From the IMG/VR virus record IMGVR_UViG_3300036712_000025: DNA of 20,000 bases; one strand, given 5' to 3'. The notes under the pieces were generated by a model that had not been told where the DNA came from, searched no databases, and saw only the letters and a list, made by a program, of their open reading frames with translations. Source of the stretch: an uncultured virus (IMG/VR IMGVR_UViG_3300036712_000025). Its lineage: Duplodnaviria > Heunggongvirae > Uroviricota > Caudoviricetes. Position numbers and translations under genes: made by a program. Positions 15,684-20,000 of this stretch are shown here, piece after piece (the first letter of the stretch is position 1; the number at the start of each line of letters is the position of its first letter).

Positions 15684-17720
15684 TTGGCACTCGGTAGCAC
15701 TGGCAGCCAGACTGCTCTGAGGTTCAGCCGCACCCGCGGCCGCATGGGTGGGTCTGCCGACTATGGGCTGCAATACCCGAGCCCGTTCTTCGACATCGCC
15801 CATACGTACCTCCCTGCCACCGTGAAGATGATGTTCCGGTGGTGCCGGTACTACTTCCTAGTCAACCCGTTGATCAACGCCGTCGTCTTCAAGATGTCGG
15901 AGTATCCGGTCACCGACATCCTCTTCGACACGGAGCGCCCGGAGCTGAAGAAGATGTGGAGCGGCTTCCTCCTGGAGCAGCTCCGCTACCGTGCGTTCCA
16001 GATCGAGGTCGGGCTGGACTACCACACCTACGGCAACGCCCTGGTGTCGGTCTTCTACCCGTTCGTGAAGTACTTGGAGTGCAACAACTGCAAGCACCGG
16101 GTGCCGGCGCGGGACGCGAAGTACAGGTTCCAGAGCTTCAAGTTCCATACGATCTGCCCCAAGTGTGGCCACCACGGGCCGGCCAAGGCAGTTGACCACT
16201 ACGTGAAGGCCCCGAAGGGGATCAGGCTCCTCCGTTGGAATCCGGAGGACGTGGACATCAGGTACAACGACCTGACCGGGGAGTACGAGTACTACTACAC
16301 GATCCCCACGCGCCTGAAGAACGACATCATCATCGGGAAGAAGTCTACCGTCGAGACCGTGCCCCAGCTCTTCATCGATGCGTTGAGGCTAAAGAAAGCG
16401 GTGGTCTTCTCCCGCGACAACATCTACCACTTCAAGCGTCCGACGTTGGCCGGCAAGGACAGGGGGTGGGGTACCCCCATGATCCTGCCGGTGCTGAAGG
16501 ACACCTTCTACCTTCAGGTCTTGAGGAAAGCCCAGGAGGCTATCGCACTGGAACACATCGTTCCCTTGCGCATTCTCTTTCCGCAGGCCGGTTCTGCCAC
16601 GTCCGATCCATACACCTCGGTGAACCTCCAAGACTGGAGGGATCAGGTTGCAGGTGAGATACGGCGTTGGCGGTCCGACAACAACTACATCCCGATCATG
16701 CCGCTGCCGGTCGGACACCAGAGCATCGGTGGTGACGGGCGGGCCCTCCTGCTGTCGCAGGAGATTCGGGTGTGGTCCGAACAGATCGTGGCCGGCATGG
16801 GTATCCCAGTGGAGCTCGTGTTCGGTGGTCTGAGCTACTCCGGTAGCAACGTGAGCCTGCGGATGTTGGAGAACACCTTCCTGGGCTATCTTCAGGACCA
16901 TCTGTCGATGCTGAAGTGGGTCATCTCTCGGACCTCTGCGTACCTGGGGTGGTCCCCTGTCAAGGCCAGGTTCAAGCCGTTCAAGATGGCGGACGACCTA
17001 CAGCGGAAGGCCTACCTCTTCCAGATGAACCAGGCTGGCAAGCTCTCCGACGAATCTCTCCTGGCGGATGCGGACTACGACTCCTCCAAGGAGGACGAGA
17101 TCATGAACCGGGAGGCTGCGCGCCGTGCGGAGAGCACGAAGAAGCAGCAGCTGCTCCAGGCGGAGATGCAGGGCGAGGCCCAGATGGTCCAGATGAAGTG
17201 GCAGATGAAGCTCCAGGCACAGCAGATGAAGGCTGAGGCGGCCGTGCAGAACGAGATCGCCAAGGACCAGGCTGCGTTCCAGGGAGCCCAGCAGTCACAG
17301 ATGATGCAGGAGCAGATGGCTGCCCAGTCTGGGCAGCCGCCTCCGCCGCCGAACCCGGAGATGGCACCGTACCCACGCCAGCCCCAACTGATTCAGCCTC
17401 CCCCACCGGAGGTGCAGTCTCCGCTATCGATGCGCTCTGTCAATCAGATCCCCCCACATACCAGAGGGGAAGACCTGGCCGGGCGCACCAGCGTGGACCT
17501 GCTCCTGCTCGGCCGACAGATCGCCGACCGGATCTCCATGCTGGATTCTGTTCAGCGTCCGCGCGCCCTGGCCGAGCTCAGGGCGAGGCAGCCCGCGCTC
17601 TATGATGTCGTCTTGGGGCTAATGGTGAGCGGAGGGCCCACCAGATCGGCAGCCGCAGCCGCGAGGCCTCTGCCTGAGCAGAAGCCCGCGCGGCGCGGCC
17701 CCGAGGCACAATTGATGTGA
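15684..17720 (+). CDS. Portal protein with a Zn-ribbon insertion and a Q/M/P-rich C-terminal extension
   Basis: RWCRYYFLVNPLINAVV; GLDYHTYGNALV; LLRWNPEDV; YHFKR...RGWGTPMILPVLK; QIVAGMGIPVELVFGG; TTG start with GGAGG RBS. Confidence 0.8.
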   Translation: MALGSTGSQTALRFSRTRGRMGGSADYGLQYPSPFFDIAHTYLPATVKMMFRWCRYYFLVNPLINAVVFKMSEYPVTDILFDTERPELKKMWSGFLLEQLRYRAFQIEVGLDYHTYGNALVSVFYPFVKYLECNNCKHRVPARDAKYRFQSFKFHTICPKCGHHGPAKAVDHYVKAPKGIRLLRWNPEDVDIRYNDLTGEYEYYYTIPTRLKNDIIIGKKSTVETVPQLFIDALRLKKAVVFSRDNIYHFKRPTLAGKDRGWGTPMILPVLKDTFYLQVLRKAQEAIALEHIVPLRILFPQAGSATSDPYTSVNLQDWRDQVAGEIRRWRSDNNYIPIMPLPVGHQSIGGDGRALLLSQEIRVWSEQIVAGMGIPVELVFGGLSYSGSNVSLRMLENTFLGYLQDHLSMLKWVISRTSAYLGWSPVKARFKPFKMADDLQRKAYLFQMNQAGKLSDESLLADADYDSSKEDEIMNREAARRAESTKKQQLLQAEMQGEAQMVQMKWQMKLQAQQMKAEAAVQNEIAKDQAAFQGAQQSQMMQEQMAAQSGQPPPPPNPEMAPYPRQPQLIQPPPPEVQSPLSMRSVNQIPPHTRGEDLAGRTSVDLLLLGRQIADRISMLDSVQRPRALAELRARQPALYDVVLGLMVSGGPTRSAAAAARPLPEQKPARRGPEAQLM

Positions 17721-18200
17721 TCAGCACTCCTCGGCCAACTTGGCTTCTTCCCACTCCTCCTGCCGACGAAGAGTTTCATCTTCCCCCTCCTCCAATAGTT
17801 CACGACACGCTTCTTGGAGACGTACGTGGCTCCTAGCCATGGACCGGAAGTCACGCAGCGTGGTGTAGAACCTATGGAACGCCGCAGCTTCCCGATCTTC
17901 CCCTTCGGCCGCGATGGACGGTTTGATGTAGAGCTTCTGTTTGAGACGGAGTGCTTCTATCTCTGGATGCCAGAAGCATAGGTATTCGTTAACAGATTGA
18001 GGGTTCTTCCTCTCCCCATCGGGATTGACGGCCACCAGCTTCAGGGATGTGTGGTCGTCCGGGTCGTGGGTGGCGAACTGCATGAGGAAGGCGTTGACCT
18101 CCTCCTGCACCTCGACGTGACAGAGCCGGTCGAAGTCGACTCGAGTGCGTAATCCGCGATGAGGGTCCGGTACAGCATTCTTCAGCGGACCCTTGTGCAT
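17721..18200 (-). CDS. Hypothetical protein (159 aa)
   Basis: ATG 18200 with GGAG RBS; stop abuts the portal stop tail-to-tail. Confidence 0.7.
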   Translation of the reverse strand: MHKGPLKNAVPDPHRGLRTRVDFDRLCHVEVQEEVNAFLMQFATHDPDDHTSLKLVAVNPDGERKNPQSVNEYLCFWHPEIEALRLKQKLYIKPSIAAEGEDREAAAFHRFYTTLRDFRSMARSHVRLQEACRELLEEGEDETLRRQEEWEEAKLAEEC

Positions 18201-18211
18201 GTTGATCTCCC

Positions 18212-18694
18212 TTATACCCCAGCTAGGCTGCCTAGTAGGAGTTCTCCTTCGTCTTCGTACCCTTCGCCCAGCTCTTGCATGAGACAGGTGGGGCACACGA
18301 TGGCCACGTTCCGTGGATCATCTTCGGGCACGAAGATCCCGGACTCGAAATCCGCCGATCCGATCTGCAGGCGGAATGCCCAGCGCCGCAAGGAGTGGAG
18401 GAACTCCTTGCAGCACAGATCGCAAGCGAGAGGTGAGTTGGAGCCCCACTCTCGCTGGCGGACTCGATCGATGAAGCAGTCGGCATGAAACAGGCGAATG
18501 GTAGCTTCCTCCATGGCGACTATGTCCTGTTCGTTCGAGTGGTCGGGAACGAACTTGACAAAGGTCGGATCCTTCTTCATGGGCTCCATGCTTCCGGATT
18601 CGACCAGCACCAGCTCCCGATCGAGACCGAGCTCTTCTCCACAGAGAGCACAGATCTCGCCGGGGTCTACGTTGAAACAGCCATTCTGGTGCAT
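18212..18694 (-). CDS. Double Zn-finger protein (CALC..HADC; CDLC..CPTC), about 160 aa
   Basis: GGAGG RBS before ATG 18694 (alternative GTG at 18727); eight metal ligands. Confidence 0.75.
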   Translation of the reverse strand: MHQNGCFNVDPGEICALCGEELGLDRELVLVESGSMEPMKKDPTFVKFVPDHSNEQDIVAMEEATIRLFHADCFIDRVRQREWGSNSPLACDLCCKEFLHSLRRWAFRLQIGSADFESGIFVPEDDPRNVAIVCPTCLMQELGEGYEDEGELLLGSLAGV

Positions 18695-18746
18695 GACTAA
18701 CCTCCGTTGCTGGGATGTGCATAGCACTACCCCCGATCATCCGTCC

Positions 18747-18836
18747 TCAGAGGTCCCGCTCGATGTCTCGCAGGGCCTCGGCAGCTTCTTCACAGAAGGC
18801 AGCCACGAACGAGAGGACGAAGATCGAAAACAGCAC
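18747..18836 (-). CDS. Possible 29-aa hydrophobic peptide MLFSIFVLSFVAAFCEEAAEALRDIERDL
   Basis: GTG overlaps the upstream TAG; fills the gap; below the ORF-track size cutoff. Confidence 0.35.
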   Translation of the reverse strand: MLFSIFVLSFVAAFCEEAAEALRDIERDL

Positions 18837-18970
18837 TACCCGTCATCCCCATCATCGGAGTCGTTGGAGTCCTGGTCGTCCTGGTCGTCCGACTCTCCGT
18901 TGACCTGATCATCGATCAGGTCTTGGAACTCCTCCAGGGTAGACTCCTCCGGCTCAGTTGGATCGGACAT
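18836..18970 (-). CDS. 44-aa hyperacidic peptide MSDPTEPEESTLEEFQDLIDDQVNGESDDQDDQDSNDSDDGDDG
   Basis: AAAGGAG RBS at canonical spacing; first ORF after the GTTATAAG motif. Confidence 0.65.
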   Translation of the reverse strand: MSDPTEPEESTLEEFQDLIDDQVNGESDDQDDQDSNDSDDGDDG

Positions 18971-19024
18971 TCGCATCTCCTTTGTTTGGGGGAACACTTT
19001 CGTTCCCTGTTCTCATACACTGTC

Positions 19025-19051
19025 CTTATAACCAACACGCGGCGGTTCTTT
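19025..19051 (-). promoter_or_regulatory. Candidate phage-specific promoter AAAGAAC-N12-GTTATAAG
   Basis: Matches the motif at 11771. Confidence 0.5.
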
Positions 19052-19053
19052 CG

Positions 19054-19083
19054 TTGCCACAACACCAGTTGATCTGGTAGCTT
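19054..19083 (+). promoter_or_regulatory. Putative sigma70-type promoter TTGCCA-N18-TAGCTT with extended -10 TG, for the RNAP gene
   Basis: Read directly, about 30 nt upstream of ATG 19113. Confidence 0.5.
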
Positions 19084-19112
19084 AGGCATGACGTACATAC
19101 GGAGATGGCCCA

Positions 19113-20000
19113 ATGGCGCGTCTTTCACCGGAAGAGGGTTTTGAGATCCTCAAGGACCGGGTAGGCAAGACAGTCGAAGGGCTCTTCCCGATCGTAGGGA
19201 AGAAGCAGACCCTCGAACTGAAAGATGTTCAGATCAAAGACGACCTGAGCATCGATGACATCCGGTCCCAAAAGAAAGCGAAGACCCACAGCCGCACCTG
19301 GGCTGTGCCCGTCGAGGCTCGAGTCCGCTTGAGGGATAACACGACTGGGAAGGTAGTGGACGAGCAGAAGGTTCGTCTCCTCAACCTCCCCAAGACGACC
19401 CGCCGCTACACCCAGATCGTGGATGGCCAGGAGTATCAGATTGACAACCAGTGGCGCCTGAAGTCCGGGGTCTATGCCAGGGTCAAGGACAACGGCGAGC
19501 TGGAGTCCTCTTTCAACCTGGCCAAGGGCCGCGGCTTCAGTGTGGACTTCGATCCGAAGAGCCGCCAATTCACCATGGGCTACGGCACATCCAACATTCC
19601 CCTCCAACCCATCCTGCGGGAGATGGGGATGCCGCAGGAGGAGATCGAGAAGAGGTGGGGCAAGCCCATCGCTGGTGCCAACGAGAAGAGCCACGAGCAG
19701 GCGGTCATGAAGTTCTACAAGGCCTCCACCGGCAAGAAGGCGGAGAGCCTGGACCAGGCACGTGAGCACCTGCACGCCACCTTCGCGGAGACCGAGCTGC
19801 GCCCGGACACCACCAAGATCACGCTGGGCAAGGGCTACAAGAAGGTCAGTGGGCCGGCCCTCATGGATGCGGCCACCAAGCTGCTGCAGGTCTCCCAGGG
19901 CAAGGCGGAACCAGATGCTCGTGACGCGCTGATGTTCAAGGAGCTGCACGCCACCGAGGACTTCTTCTCCGAGCGGATCCAGAAGGGCTCCAGCGACATC
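19113..20000 (+). CDS. rpoB: Phage-encoded multisubunit RNA polymerase beta-like subunit, N-terminal 296 aa (truncated by the window edge)
   Basis: Own translation: VEGLFPI...RTWAVPVEARVRLRDNTTGKVVDEQKVRLLNLPKTTRRYTQIVDGQEYQIDNQWRLKSGVY...PDARDALMFK...EDFFSERI, colinear with RpoB VFPI...TYSAPLRVKLRL...[37 protein letters not shown]...DDIDHLGNR; GGAG RBS; no stop up to 20000. Confidence 0.85.
   Translation, partial: MARLSPEEGFEILKDRVGKTVEGLFPIVGKKQTLELKDVQIKDDLSIDDIRSQKKAKTHSRTWAVPVEARVRLRDNTTGKVVDEQKVRLLNLPKTTRRYTQIVDGQEYQIDNQWRLKSGVYARVKDNGELESSFNLAKGRGFSVDFDPKSRQFTMGYGTSNIPLQPILREMGMPQEEIEKRWGKPIAGANEKSHEQAVMKFYKASTGKKAESLDQAREHLHATFAETELRPDTTKITLGKGYKKVSGPALMDAATKLLQVSQGKAEPDARDALMFKELHATEDFFSERIQKGSSDI

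Noticed and set aside
19125..19949. 274-aa minus-strand ORF in the track
   Set aside because: Antisense shadow of the RpoB-like gene
1..20000. CRISPR array, tRNA, intron/intein, integrase/transposase, stop-codon recoding
   Set aside because: No spaced repeats, cloverleaf, splice motifs or recombinase seen; genes are intact and end in TAG, TGA or TAA under the standard code

Overview
This GC-rich (~63% by eye) window comes from a large dsDNA tailed phage; no cellular housekeeping context is visible. The minus strand (1-11727) carries a tightly coupled replication/repair operon: Cys-rich protein, SF2 helicase, family-4 uracil-DNA glycosylase, several hypotheticals, DUF932-like protein, Hfq/Sm-fold protein, DnaB-like helicase, DnaG-like primase, gp32-like SSB with extra Zn ribbons, family A DNA polymerase and HU-like protein. 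The plus strand (11857-17720) carries a head-morphogenesis block ending in a portal protein with a Zn-ribbon insertion. A short minus-strand cluster of small genes follows, including a 44-aa hyperacidic peptide. From 19113 to the window end lies the N-terminus of a divergent RNA polymerase beta-like subunit that the ORF track misses. The most notable non-coding signals are (i) tandem NrdR-box-like sites 31 bp apart abutting a sigma70-like promoter of the core replisome genes, (ii) a recurring G(T/G)TATAAG minus-strand motif set back-to-back with sigma70-like plus-strand promoters, and (iii) two perfect palindromes in the replication operon leader. All family calls come from motif recognition by eye, not from database searches.
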